A stretch of DNA of 64,000 nucleotides from an uncultured bacterium (GTDB lineage Bacteria; Krumholzibacteriota; Krumholzibacteriia; LZORAL124-64-63). The notes under the pieces were generated by a model. It saw nothing but the letters and a program-made list of their open reading frames with translations. It had not been told where the DNA came from and did no database searches. This document shows, in pieces, positions 18,280 to 27,684 of this stretch (position 1 is the stretch's first letter; each line of letters begins with the position of its first letter). The stretch spans positions 384,001-448,000 of the forward strand of contig CAVSGO010000007.1 in assembly GCA_963727525.1 (NCBI GenBank). The letters are read 5' to 3'. The translations under genes and the position numbers were made by a program.

Positions 18280-21243
18280 ATGCACAAGTGGGTCAAGCCA
18301 TTCGCACTGGGTGTGCTCGTCGCGGCGCTCGCGGCCAGTGCCCTCGCAGTCGTGCCCGTGGCGCAGAACCGTGCGTACGAGATCCCCATACCGGAGTTCG
18401 ATACAGTCGGACAGCGCACCTTCGCCGGCGAACAGGCAAGCCGGATGGTGGAGCAGACGCTCAGCCAGCGGTACGGCGGGCAGTGGGACGTCCAGGCCTG
18501 GAACGGCCAGGCCCGCACGCCGCACTGGGTCTACGGCAAGTCCGTCAAGGTGGCCGGAGACCTGCGTGACGCCGCCACGGTCGAGCAGATCGCGCGGCAG
18601 GTCGTGTCCGCCAACGCCGATGTGCTTCGGGCGGACGTGAATGACCTTGTCGTGACGGCCACGCCGCACGCTCTCGGCAAGTGGGCCGTGCACTTCCAGC
18701 AGCAGTGGCATGGCTTGCCCGTGTGGGAGGCCAAGGTCCGGACCGTCTTCAGCGACGACGGCAAGCTCATGCTCATGGGGTCGGACTACTACCAGGACAT
18801 CGAGCTGGATCCACAGCCCTCGCTCAGTGCCGACGCGGCCATCGCGGTGGCGAAGCAGGGACTGCCCTTCGATCCGCTCGTCGACTCCATCGAGGCGGCG
18901 CCCGAACTGATGGTGCTGCCGGTACCGCAGTCCGGCGACCTGGTCGAATTCCACCTCGTGTGGCGCGTGCGGGTACGCACGCACGATCCTCTCGGCGCGT
19001 GGGTGACCCATGTCGACGCCCACGATGGCCAGGTGATCTGGCGCTACAATGACATCCACTTCGACTACGAGGGTGGCACCACGTCCACTGTCCGACCGCG
19101 GACGAACTGCAATCCCGACGAGCAGCTCCCGATGCCTTACGTCGACGTCACCGTGACCGGCGTGGGGACGGCGACCACGGACGACGCGGGCAACTGGAGC
19201 CTCGCCGGCACGGGTGGCGACCGCAGCGTGTCCGCATTTTTGCGCGGGCCGTGGATCAACATCCAGAACTACAACGGTGTCGAGGGGCAGTACACGGGCA
19301 CGGTGCAGGAGAACGTACCGCTGGACATCGACTTCAACGACACCAACTCGCGCGCCGACGAGCGGTACACCTTCGACGCCTTCGGTCGGCTGCACGATCT
19401 CTTCCTGGCCATTGATCCCACGTTCTCCTACATCAACGAGCTGAAGAACGACTACGTGAATCGCACGGACGGCTACTGCCCGGGCAACGCGTGGTGGGAT
19501 CCGGTCGACGACTCCACGAATCTCTGCGCGGCCGGCGGGCAGTATGCCAACACCGGTGAGATCCAGCAGGTCGTCGAGCATGAGTTCGGCCACGGCGTGC
19601 AGAATCGTGTCCTGGGCGGTACCCAGGGCGGCCAGGGACTCGGGGAGGGCAACGGCGACATCCTCGGCAACCTGATCACGCAGGACCATGTCATCGGCCT
19701 CGGCTTCTATGTGGGCAACTGCGTGTCGGGAATCCGGGATTCGCAGAACAACCTGCAGTATCCCGGCGACGTGGTCGGCCAGGAGATCCACTACGCCGGC
19801 CAGGTCATCGCGGGCTTCAACTGGGACGCGATGCAGCTGCTGCAGGCGCAGTACGGCATGGAGCAGGGCACGCTCATGTCGGCCGCACGCTGGCACTTCG
19901 GGCGCGTGCTGATGCAACCCACGACCCAGCCGGATCAGGTCCTGGCGACCTTCCTCGCCGACGACGACAACGGTGATCTCAGCGACGGCACGCCGAATCA
20001 CGCCATCTTCTGCGAGGCGGCCACCAACCACGGCTTCGAGTGCCCCGAGATCCTGGTGGGCGTCTTCGTGTATCACGACGGCATCCCGTACCAGACCGGC
20101 GACTTCGGCAGCTACGACGTCGCGTGCACCTCGGCCTCTCTGGGCGGCGGCACCGTCGTGCCGTCCACGGTCACGCTTCATTACCGGGTCGACGGCGGGG
20201 CCTTCATGGACATGCCCATGACGGACGAGGGCGGCGGCGCCTCCGACGCGATGATTCCGGCACAATCCCGCGGCTCGGTGGTGGAATATTACATCTCCGC
20301 CATAAACGATATCGGCGGTGAGGGCACCAGCCCCCGCAATGCGCCGGACGAGCTGCACTACTTCCAGGTGAACGATAACTTCCCGGACGACATGGAAGTG
20401 CAGACGGCGTGGTCGGTCGGCGACGCAGGCGACGACGCGTCCACGGGCATCTGGGAACGTGGCGATCCTGAACCGACCTACTCCAGCGGGGGTGCGCCGG
20501 TACAGCCGGGCGACGATCACACTCCCGCACCGGGTGTCGACTGCTGGGTGACCGGCGCGGCGGCCGGCTCTGGAGTCGGCGCCGACGACGTCGACGGCGG
20601 CCACACAACGCTCTTCAGCCCAAAGTTCGACCTCACCGGCGGCAGCAACATCTCGATCAGCTACTGGCGCTGGTACTGCAACAACGGCGGCAATGCGCCG
20701 AACGAGGACTACTGGACCGTCCAGATCTCGAACGACGGCGGTGCGAACTGGACCGACGTCGAGAACACCAACGTCACCAACACCACGTGGCAGCAGGTCA
20801 CGCTGGATCTGAGCACCTACTTCCCGGTGGCGGGCGTGGTGCAGCTGCGCTTCGTCGCCGACGACTCCGGTAGCGGCTCCATCGTGGAAGCCGCGGTCGA
20901 CGACTTCCTGCTCGTGGGCACCTTCGAGCAGTCGACACCGGTGGAGGACGCGCCCCAGCTCCAGCTGCGGTTCGACCTCGCGCAGAACCATCCCAACCCG
21001 TTCAATCCGCGCACGACGGTGAGCTTCGCGCTCGACCGGCGGGGCCCGGCCAGTCTCAAGGTCTTCGATGCGGCGGGCCGCCTGGTGAAGGTGCTGCTGC
21101 ACGACAACCTCGAGGCGGGCGCGCACAGCGTGGTGTGGGCGGGCGACGACGACGCGGGTCGTCCCGTGGCCTCGGGCGTGTATTTCTACCGCCTCGAGGC
21201 GAACGGTCGCACCCTCGGCAAGCGCATGCTGCTGGTGAAGTAG
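18280..21243 (+). CDS. Secreted zinc metallopeptidase (M4/M36-like) with FTP/PepSY propeptide and C-terminal FlgD-Ig tail
   Basis: Signal peptide; VHFQQQWHGLPV and HVDAHDGQVI propeptide motifs; NAWW, HEFGH, GLGEGNGD; QNHPNPFNP..VASGVYFYRL tail. Confidence 0.85.
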   Translation: MHKWVKPFALGVLVAALAASALAVVPVAQNRAYEIPIPEFDTVGQRTFAGEQASRMVEQTLSQRYGGQWDVQAWNGQARTPHWVYGKSVKVAGDLRDAATVEQIARQVVSANADVLRADVNDLVVTATPHALGKWAVHFQQQWHGLPVWEAKVRTVFSDDGKLMLMGSDYYQDIELDPQPSLSADAAIAVAKQGLPFDPLVDSIEAAPELMVLPVPQSGDLVEFHLVWRVRVRTHDPLGAWVTHVDAHDGQVIWRYNDIHFDYEGGTTSTVRPRTNCNPDEQLPMPYVDVTVTGVGTATTDDAGNWSLAGTGGDRSVSAFLRGPWINIQNYNGVEGQYTGTVQENVPLDIDFNDTNSRADERYTFDAFGRLHDLFLAIDPTFSYINELKNDYVNRTDGYCPGNAWWDPVDDSTNLCAAGGQYANTGEIQQVVEHEFGHGVQNRVLGGTQGGQGLGEGNGDILGNLITQDHVIGLGFYVGNCVSGIRDSQNNLQYPGDVVGQEIHYAGQVIAGFNWDAMQLLQAQYGMEQGTLMSAARWHFGRVLMQPTTQPDQVLATFLADDDNGDLSDGTPNHAIFCEAATNHGFECPEILVGVFVYHDGIPYQTGDFGSYDVACTSASLGGGTVVPSTVTLHYRVDGGAFMDMPMTDEGGGASDAMIPAQSRGSVVEYYISAINDIGGEGTSPRNAPDELHYFQVNDNFPDDMEVQTAWSVGDAGDDASTGIWERGDPEPTYSSGGAPVQPGDDHTPAPGVDCWVTGAAAGSGVGADDVDGGHTTLFSPKFDLTGGSNISISYWRWYCNNGGNAPNEDYWTVQISNDGGANWTDVENTNVTNTTWQQVTLDLSTYFPVAGVVQLRFVADDSGSGSIVEAAVDDFLLVGTFEQSTPVEDAPQLQLRFDLAQNHPNPFNPRTTVSFALDRRGPASLKVFDAAGRLVKVLLHDNLEAGAHSVVWAGDDDAGRPVASGVYFYRLEANGRTLGKRMLLVK

Positions 21244-21248
21244 GCGCC

Positions 21249-21304
21249 TCGGCGTCATTTCTTCAACGCCGATCCGGACCCGGGGCCTCGTGCCCCGGGT
21301 CCGG
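21249..21304 (+). terminator. Two tandem hairpins after the peptidase stop, probable terminator
   Basis: TCGGCGT / ACGCCGA and a 13-bp CCGGACCCGGGGC / GCCCCGGGTCCGG stem; no strong T tail. Confidence 0.5.
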
Positions 21305-21417
21305 CTCTGCCCTGGGCGCCATGCTTGCGCGTTTGGTGCTGGACGCTCCGGTGCGAGTCTGAGAAGGTCATCCGAGATGCTCAACGGGGCGCTCGCGACG
21401 AAGCAGGAGGTCTCGCG

Positions 21418-21960
21418 ATGGTCTCTCCGTCGCTGCAGGCGGCCATCACACGGAACAAGCGGACGCTGCTGGTGATCTGGCTCGCGTTTCTGGCCGCGCC
21501 GGTGATCTACCTCGTCGTGGCTTATTACGTGCTCGCCGGATCGCGCGCCGGCGCCACCATGCATCTGCCGGCATTCCTGCCCTACGTCGTCCTCGTCGGG
21601 GGACTGGGGCTGGCGGGAATGGTGTACACTATCAGCCGGAAGCAGATGGCGCGGGCCGCGAAGGGCGACGTGGCGCCGAGCGGCGCCGGCGGCTCGGTGG
21701 TGGCGCCACCCGAGCTCGACGCCGACGAGCGGACGCTCTACTTCCGCCTGGCGCTCTACCAGACCGCGATGATCATCCGCTGGGCTGGTTTCGAGGCGCT
21801 GGCCGTGTATGGTCTGGTGCTGGTCGTCGTCATGCACACGTATCCACCGATCGTGTACGGCGCGGCGTTGGCGCTCCTGTTGATCCTGCTCAACCGTCCG
21901 GCTGCGGACGACTTCCTCGAGGCGTGCCAGTGGCGTGGGCACGACCACTACCAGCAATGA
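21418..21960 (+). CDS. Hypothetical membrane protein (about four TM helices)
   Basis: RBS AGGAGG; four hydrophobic stretches; stop overlaps the POT start. Confidence 0.75.
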   Translation: MVSPSLQAAITRNKRTLLVIWLAFLAAPVIYLVVAYYVLAGSRAGATMHLPAFLPYVVLVGGLGLAGMVYTISRKQMARAAKGDVAPSGAGGSVVAPPELDADERTLYFRLALYQTAMIIRWAGFEALAVYGLVLVVVMHTYPPIVYGAALALLLILLNRPAADDFLEACQWRGHDHYQQ

Positions 21961-23456
21961 ACGACGCAACGCGTGGAGGCGAGATGGAGACGGGACACCC
22001 GAGAGGGCTGTACGTGTGCTTCGGGGCGGAGATGTTCGAGCGTCTCTGCTACTACGGCATGCGCGGCCTGCTCACGCTGTATCTGACGAAGGCCCTGCTC
22101 ATGGGCGACGAGAAGGCGTTCGGCATCTACGGCGCATACACCGCGCTCGTGTATGCCGCGCCGGTCTGGGGCGGCAAGCTGGCCGATGCCGTGCTCGGGT
22201 ATCGCAGGGCCGTCGTCTTCGGCGGCATCGTCATGGCCCTAGGCGAGTTCATGATCCTCGGCGGCAGCGAGACGTGGCTCTTCCTGGGCATGGCTGCCAT
22301 CATCATCGGCAACGGCTACTTCAAGGCCAACATCTCGACGATCGTGGGCAGGCTCTACAAGGAGGGCGATCCGCGGCGCGACTCGGGTTTCACGATCTTC
22401 TACATGGGCATCAACGTGGGCGCGCTGCTGGCCACGCTGGTCGTGGCGCCGGTCGGCGAGACCCACGGCTACGTGCTGGGCTTCGGTCTGGCCGGGGTGG
22501 GTATGCTCTGCGGGGTGGGCATCTTCCTCGGCGGCGCGAAGCTGCTGGAAGGGCACGGGGAGCCGGCCTATCCCGAGCGCTATCGCAAGTACGGCATGCT
22601 CACCTACATCGTCTCCATCCTGGCCATCCCCATGATCTACGCGCTGATCAACTGGGGCACCAGCATCCGCTTCATCGGGCAGGACCTGCTGTTCTGGATC
22701 CTCATCGGCCTCCTCTCCTTCGTCTGTTTCACCCTGCTCAAGGAAGCATTCAGTGGGAACGACCCGGCCAAGCGCGACCGTATCCTCGTGTTGATGATTC
22801 TCATGGTCTTCAATGTCGTGTTCTGGGCGTGCTTCGAGCAGGCGGGCAGCTCGCTCACGCTCTTCGCTGACCGCAACGTCGACCGTGACGTGTTTGGCAT
22901 GTTCACCATGCCGGCGTCGATGACGCAGTTCTTCAACCCAGCTTTCATCATCATCTTCGGCAGCGTGTTTTCGTGGCTGTGGGTGAAGCTCGATCGCATG
23001 AAGAAGAACCCGAGCATCCCCATGAAGTTCGGCCTGGGCATCGTGCAACTCGGCCTGGGCTACCTGCTGCTGCTCGTCGGCTCGGCGCTGGCGGGCGACC
23101 GCGCCCTGGTGCCGCTCTACGTCCTGGCTTTCATGTACCTTCTGCACACGACAGGCGAGCTGTTCCTCTCGCCCATCGGCCTTTCCATGGTCACCAAGCT
23201 GGCGCCTCGGCACATGACCGGCTCGGTGATGGGCGCCTGGTTCCTCTCCTGGGCCTTCAGCAACTATCTCGCCTCGGTGCTGGCCAAGCTCACCGGCGGT
23301 GGTGAGGGCGTGACCATGGCGGCCCTACCCCCGGCCGAGAGCCTCGCCAAGTACGTCGACGTCTTCGGCGACATGGGATTCATCACCGTGGGCATCGGCG
23401 TCTTGCTCGTGCTCCTCTCACGCCCCCTGAACAAGATGATGCATGGCGTGACGTGA
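21957..23456 (+). CDS. Proton-dependent oligopeptide transporter (POT/PTR2, MFS)
   Basis: GHPRGL, EMFERLCYYGMR, GNGYFKANIS, FYMGINVG, GELFLSPIGLS. Confidence 0.95.
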   Translation: MNDATRGGEMETGHPRGLYVCFGAEMFERLCYYGMRGLLTLYLTKALLMGDEKAFGIYGAYTALVYAAPVWGGKLADAVLGYRRAVVFGGIVMALGEFMILGGSETWLFLGMAAIIIGNGYFKANISTIVGRLYKEGDPRRDSGFTIFYMGINVGALLATLVVAPVGETHGYVLGFGLAGVGMLCGVGIFLGGAKLLEGHGEPAYPERYRKYGMLTYIVSILAIPMIYALINWGTSIRFIGQDLLFWILIGLLSFVCFTLLKEAFSGNDPAKRDRILVLMILMVFNVVFWACFEQAGSSLTLFADRNVDRDVFGMFTMPASMTQFFNPAFIIIFGSVFSWLWVKLDRMKKNPSIPMKFGLGIVQLGLGYLLLLVGSALAGDRALVPLYVLAFMYLLHTTGELFLSPIGLSMVTKLAPRHMTGSVMGAWFLSWAFSNYLASVLAKLTGGGEGVTMAALPPAESLAKYVDVFGDMGFITVGIGVLLVLLSRPLNKMMHGVT

Positions 23457-23759
23457 TCCTCGGCAGGTCAGGCTCGGTCCAGGGTAGGCGACCGGGTGAC
23501 AGGTCGCCCGTTCCTGGTCCGTGCCCAGGCGGTGGGCAGACCCTTGTGGGCACCGAGGGTTCGGCCGACGGGACATGATTTGATTTTTCGGTATATCGCC
23601 GGCCGTATTCGTGTGATACTCACGCAAAGCGCCGATTCCGGGCGCAATCGAGCATTATTTCGACTCGACGATTTCTCGCTTTCGTCCCAATGGATGAATC
23701 CGTTCCTTCATCGTGAAGCTTTCGTGACAAAGATTGATGCGCGCAGAGGGGGATTCAGC

Positions 23760-26700
23760 ATGAAGCGGGTGGTCATTGCAGCAGTGATCGTCGCGTGCGG
23801 GGTCGGGGCTGGTCTCGCGGCCGCGATGGATGTCAGGATGATCCCGAGCGGTGGTCGGGGCGACGTGGTCGTGGGAGGCGCACCGACCACGAGCAAGGCG
23901 ACCACCGACACCACTTATCTCCTTGGCGGGCCCGGCGCCTTCGACGGTCGCTTCGAGAACGCGTCGGGCGCACCCGACTGGCAGGGCTGGACTCATGCCG
24001 ACGCCTCCGTCGACATGACGCCGCGCTGGCGCATCAGCGACTACCACGTGCCGACCGGCGGCGGCGCGGCCGCGATGTGGTGCGGTCAGGTCTTCCCCAA
24101 TGGTTGCGGGCCCGGCTACGGCAACGAGTGGAACGCGCGTCTCATGTTCCGGCGCGCCGTCGCCGATCCGGCGCAGGCGACTGTCGTCACCTTTCGTGCC
24201 GTCCTGAGCTGCGACTCGGAACCGGGCTTCGACGAGGTCCGCATCCAGGCAAACCGTGGTGGAGCCTGGCAGGACATCCTGCCGGCGACCACGGGAACCC
24301 ATCCCAACCTCTCGTTCGACGTCGACGTCAACTTCAACCCGGCCGACTACGTGGGCGACGCGGGCGATGAGGTGCAACTTCGCTTCCTCGGCACCTCCGA
24401 TATCGCGTGGTCGGACGAGGATTGCGCCTGGGACACCCAGGGCCTCGTCCAGGTGGATAACCTGCAGGTGACAATCGACGGCGTGACCTACGCCGAGGAC
24501 TTCGAGGACGGCGATGCGGGCGACTGGGCCGAGGTCGTCGACACCGGCGCGGGCGACTTCGCCCATCTCTGGACCGGCCTGAACGAGCTCGACATTTGCC
24601 GGAGCGACTACACCGCGCAGGTCGCCTTCGTCGACGATGGCGTCGTGGTGCCAGGCACGGGCGGCGAGCCGTGCACAACGTGGTGTTACGGCCCGCAGGG
24701 CTACATCGTCAACAACACAGGCGGGCTCGTCGGCGATCCCTACGCCGTGAACAATCTCGTGATCAGCCCGGCCCTCACCATGCCCGTGGGGGCGAGCGCC
24801 GCCTATCTCGAGTTCCAGGTCTATCGGCACGGCGCTCTCACGCCGCCGTTCCCGGGCGTCGTCTACCAGTGGCACGTCCGCTCCGTGGACACCGGGGATC
24901 CGGCAGACCTCGTGAGCGCGCCGTGGGTCGATCGCGGCTTCGTCTATACAGGTGATTCTTTGTACCTGCGCCAGCACGAGTCCCTGAGCGACCTGCTCGT
25001 GCCCGGATGCACGCACCTGCAGGTGGCGCTGCGCTGCCGCGATCTTGGCCTCTCCGCCGATACCGATGGTACGCCGGCGCCCTATTTCGATAACGTCGCG
25101 GTGGTGGCTTATGCACAGGCCGGTCCGTCCGTCGCGGCCCGCGAGGCCGATCTGGCTCAGGACAGCTTTCCCGAGCGCGGCGTGATCGATCTCGCCAACC
25201 TCGCCAACGACTGGGTGCGCTTCGACATGGCGCGAAACATCGCGGCGCCGGGCGACCTGCGCAACGATCCCGGCGACTCCATCGTCGCCTCCATCACGCC
25301 CACGCGGCCGGGCTCCGTGCTCATCGGCCTGCCCCGCATGATCGTCAAGATGAAGGCCAACCCGCTCTTCGACGGCGTGCGCGTGCTGCCGACTGGTTTC
25401 ACGCAATCCGGCGATGTCATCGACGGCTTCGTGTACGGCGACTCGATCTTCCTGCCGAACGGCCAGCCCGTCGCGAACCGCTACAGCTTCGACCTGCCGG
25501 ATTCGAGCTTCTTCTTCCCGGGCGACGTGGTGCACTATTACATCGAGGCGCACGATGTCGTCGACGGCAATGGAGGCGTGACCACACTGCCGGCAAAGCT
25601 CGATGGATTCGAGATGTTCCAGGGCATCATGCCGTACCAGGCGATGTTCACCGTGCGTGCCTTGCCAACGCTCCTCGGCCCGGTCGGCGATCAGCCAGAT
25701 ATCCTCTTCTGGAACGATGCCCCCGGTCCCGGCGGCGACGACGAGTGGCTATTCGCGCTGAACAACCTCGGATATCGCCAGGGGGATGACTTCGACTATT
25801 ACATCACGCACGCACCCGAGGCCGGCGCGGGCAACGGCCTCGGCGGCCACGCCACGACGGCGACCATCAATGGCTACGATATGTTGCTGTATACGTGCGG
25901 CGATCTCGACCGCGACACGCTCGGCAACGGCGACTACGCCGCCGATCCCTCGAACGACATCGGCCTGCTGGACCTGTGGTTCCAGCAAGGAGGCAAGCAT
26001 GCCTTCCTCGCGGGGGACAATGTCGTCTCGAGCTTGACGGCCTCGGGTGGGGCAGCGCTGACATTCGTGGATACGTATCTCGGCGTGCAACTCGTCGTCG
26101 ACGACGTTTTTTCCCGCATCGGCAACCAGATCGCGCCGCGCGTGCGCGCCATCGGCGGCAACTCCGTGTTCTCGTCGATCAACGAATGGTGGGCCGCTGG
26201 AGGGTGCCCGCAGATCCGCAAGTACGATGCCTTGACCACGACCGTCTCCACGGAACGTGTCGCAGAGTTCCTGTCTCCCTCGAACCATTCCGGCGAGTAT
26301 CCCTACGCGGCCGTGGCGCGGAAAACCGGGGTTGCCGACGTCGTGACGATGCCGATCGACTTCGCGACGATCATACCGATCCCGGGCTGGACGCCGCCGT
26401 GGCCTGGCGTCCCGGCGCGAGGCTTCATTCTGCAGGACATCCTCGTCGAATTCGGCGTGTGGCCGCAGAGCGTGCCGATCGGCGTGCCCGATGGGGCCGG
26501 CGCCCTGTCGGTGAGCGCCCATCCCAACCCCTTCAACCCGCGCACGACCGTGGCGCTGGACCTGCCGCGGGCCGAAGCGGCAAGTGTGACGCTCTATGAC
26601 CTGCGGGGCGCGCACGTACGCACGCTGCAGAACGGCCGGCTCGCGGCCGGGCATCACGAGTTTATCTGGGATGGCAACGACGGCTGCGGCCGCGCCGTGG

Positions 26701-26774
26701 CCGCGGGCGTGTACTTCTGCGCCGTGCGGGCGGGCGAGCAGGAACGGGTGACGAAGCTCGTGCTCGTCCGCTAG
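23760..26774 (+). CDS. Large secreted protein of unknown function with C-terminal FlgD-Ig tail
   Basis: Signal peptide MKRVVIAAVIVACG..; Asp/Gly/Cys-rich body; AHPNPFNPRT..WDGND..VAAGVYF tail. Confidence 0.8.
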   Translation: MKRVVIAAVIVACGVGAGLAAAMDVRMIPSGGRGDVVVGGAPTTSKATTDTTYLLGGPGAFDGRFENASGAPDWQGWTHADASVDMTPRWRISDYHVPTGGGAAAMWCGQVFPNGCGPGYGNEWNARLMFRRAVADPAQATVVTFRAVLSCDSEPGFDEVRIQANRGGAWQDILPATTGTHPNLSFDVDVNFNPADYVGDAGDEVQLRFLGTSDIAWSDEDCAWDTQGLVQVDNLQVTIDGVTYAEDFEDGDAGDWAEVVDTGAGDFAHLWTGLNELDICRSDYTAQVAFVDDGVVVPGTGGEPCTTWCYGPQGYIVNNTGGLVGDPYAVNNLVISPALTMPVGASAAYLEFQVYRHGALTPPFPGVVYQWHVRSVDTGDPADLVSAPWVDRGFVYTGDSLYLRQHESLSDLLVPGCTHLQVALRCRDLGLSADTDGTPAPYFDNVAVVAYAQAGPSVAAREADLAQDSFPERGVIDLANLANDWVRFDMARNIAAPGDLRNDPGDSIVASITPTRPGSVLIGLPRMIVKMKANPLFDGVRVLPTGFTQSGDVIDGFVYGDSIFLPNGQPVANRYSFDLPDSSFFFPGDVVHYYIEAHDVVDGNGGVTTLPAKLDGFEMFQGIMPYQAMFTVRALPTLLGPVGDQPDILFWNDAPGPGGDDEWLFALNNLGYRQGDDFDYYITHAPEAGAGNGLGGHATTATINGYDMLLYTCGDLDRDTLGNGDYAADPSNDIGLLDLWFQQGGKHAFLAGDNVVSSLTASGGAALTFVDTYLGVQLVVDDVFSRIGNQIAPRVRAIGGNSVFSSINEWWAAGGCPQIRKYDALTTTVSTERVAEFLSPSNHSGEYPYAAVARKTGVADVVTMPIDFATIIPIPGWTPPWPGVPARGFILQDILVEFGVWPQSVPIGVPDGAGALSVSAHPNPFNPRTTVALDLPRAEAASVTLYDLRGAHVRTLQNGRLAAGHHEFIWDGNDGCGRAVAAGVYFCAVRAGEQERVTKLVLVR

Positions 26775-26784
26775 GGCGAGAGCG

Positions 26785-27522
26785 TCAGTCCCAGACCGTG
26801 CGGGCGCGGAAGATCTCCTTTCCGTCGCCCGCGCGGGTCAGGCTGTGCCGGAACGCGTGGTCGTCCTCGCTCTGGCGGCGGCTGACGATCGTGTCCCCGC
26901 GACGACCCTCGGCCAGGAACGTCATTTCCACCTCGCGCAGGTTTCGCTGCAGCAGCCAGTCCTGGTCGAAATTCTCCAGGATCAGGTCGAGGAAGTGCGT
27001 GTTGTTGAGGTGTCCATTCATGTCGAGGTCGCCCCAGCGCACGGCAGTCGACGTCTCGCTGTCGCCGCCGGTGATGGGGGTGATCGTGCTCGGGTCGCGA
27101 TCGAGCACGCGTTCCGGGTGCCATGGGCGGTCGAGGTAGGCCTCCGGGCGCACGGGTCGGCGCGTGCTCACATCCATCACCAGCCAGGTGCTGCTGGCCC
27201 GGGCGATCTCGGCACCCCCGCTGTCGGTGACGAGGAACTCGCGTTTCGCCTGCAGTCGGTCCAGTTCCCGCGGCCAGGTCGCCACCACGAAGCGCGCGTC
27301 ATAGGCTGGGCGACGGGCGAGTAGCATGCGCAGACCCACGAGGACCCAGGTGTGGCCGTGTTCCAGCATGGCCGAGAAACCGAAGCCCAGGGCCTCGGCG
27401 CTGTCCGCGGCGGCATCCTGCAAGTACCGCGCGAGCGCGGCGGGGGAGAGACGGTTGCCGGCGTCGGCATCGGAGGTGCGAACGCGGGCCTGGGCGCGCA
27501 GGATCAGGTCGTCGGTGGTCAT
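26785..27522 (-). CDS. Acyl-ACP thioesterase (double hotdog fold)
   Basis: YLQDAA, TWP, ASSTWLVMD..TRRP, VRWGDLDMNGHLNN. Confidence 0.9.
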   Translation of the reverse strand: MTTDDLILRAQARVRTSDADAGNRLSPAALARYLQDAAADSAEALGFGFSAMLEHGHTWVLVGLRMLLARRPAYDARFVVATWPRELDRLQAKREFLVTDSGGAEIARASSTWLVMDVSTRRPVRPEAYLDRPWHPERVLDRDPSTITPITGGDSETSTAVRWGDLDMNGHLNNTHFLDLILENFDQDWLLQRNLREVEMTFLAEGRRGDTIVSRRQSEDDHAFRHSLTRAGDGKEIFRARTVWD

Positions 27523-27684
27523 CGCGTCGTCCTCGGGTTGAGTGCCGGCCCCAGTATTGCCGGACCGTCGACCGGGAGCAAGCCGCGTTCTGCATACGCG
27601 ATGTTCCGTCTTTGTCGGCTCCGCATTCCGCGTTACCATGAAGGCGCACGCCGGTGGGCGACGTGCGGTGCATGGGTGGGGCCC

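Noticed and set aside
18169-21969. 1266-aa minus-strand ORF
   Set aside because: Antisense shadow of the metallopeptidase and the next gene; no motifs. Long shadow ORFs are expected at this GC content.
23460-23660. Hairpins after the POT gene and an ACGCAAAGC resembling a c-di-GMP-I riboswitch
   Set aside because: The upstream GGCAAACC..GAAA stem is missing; the hairpins are explainable as a terminator or GC-rich chance.
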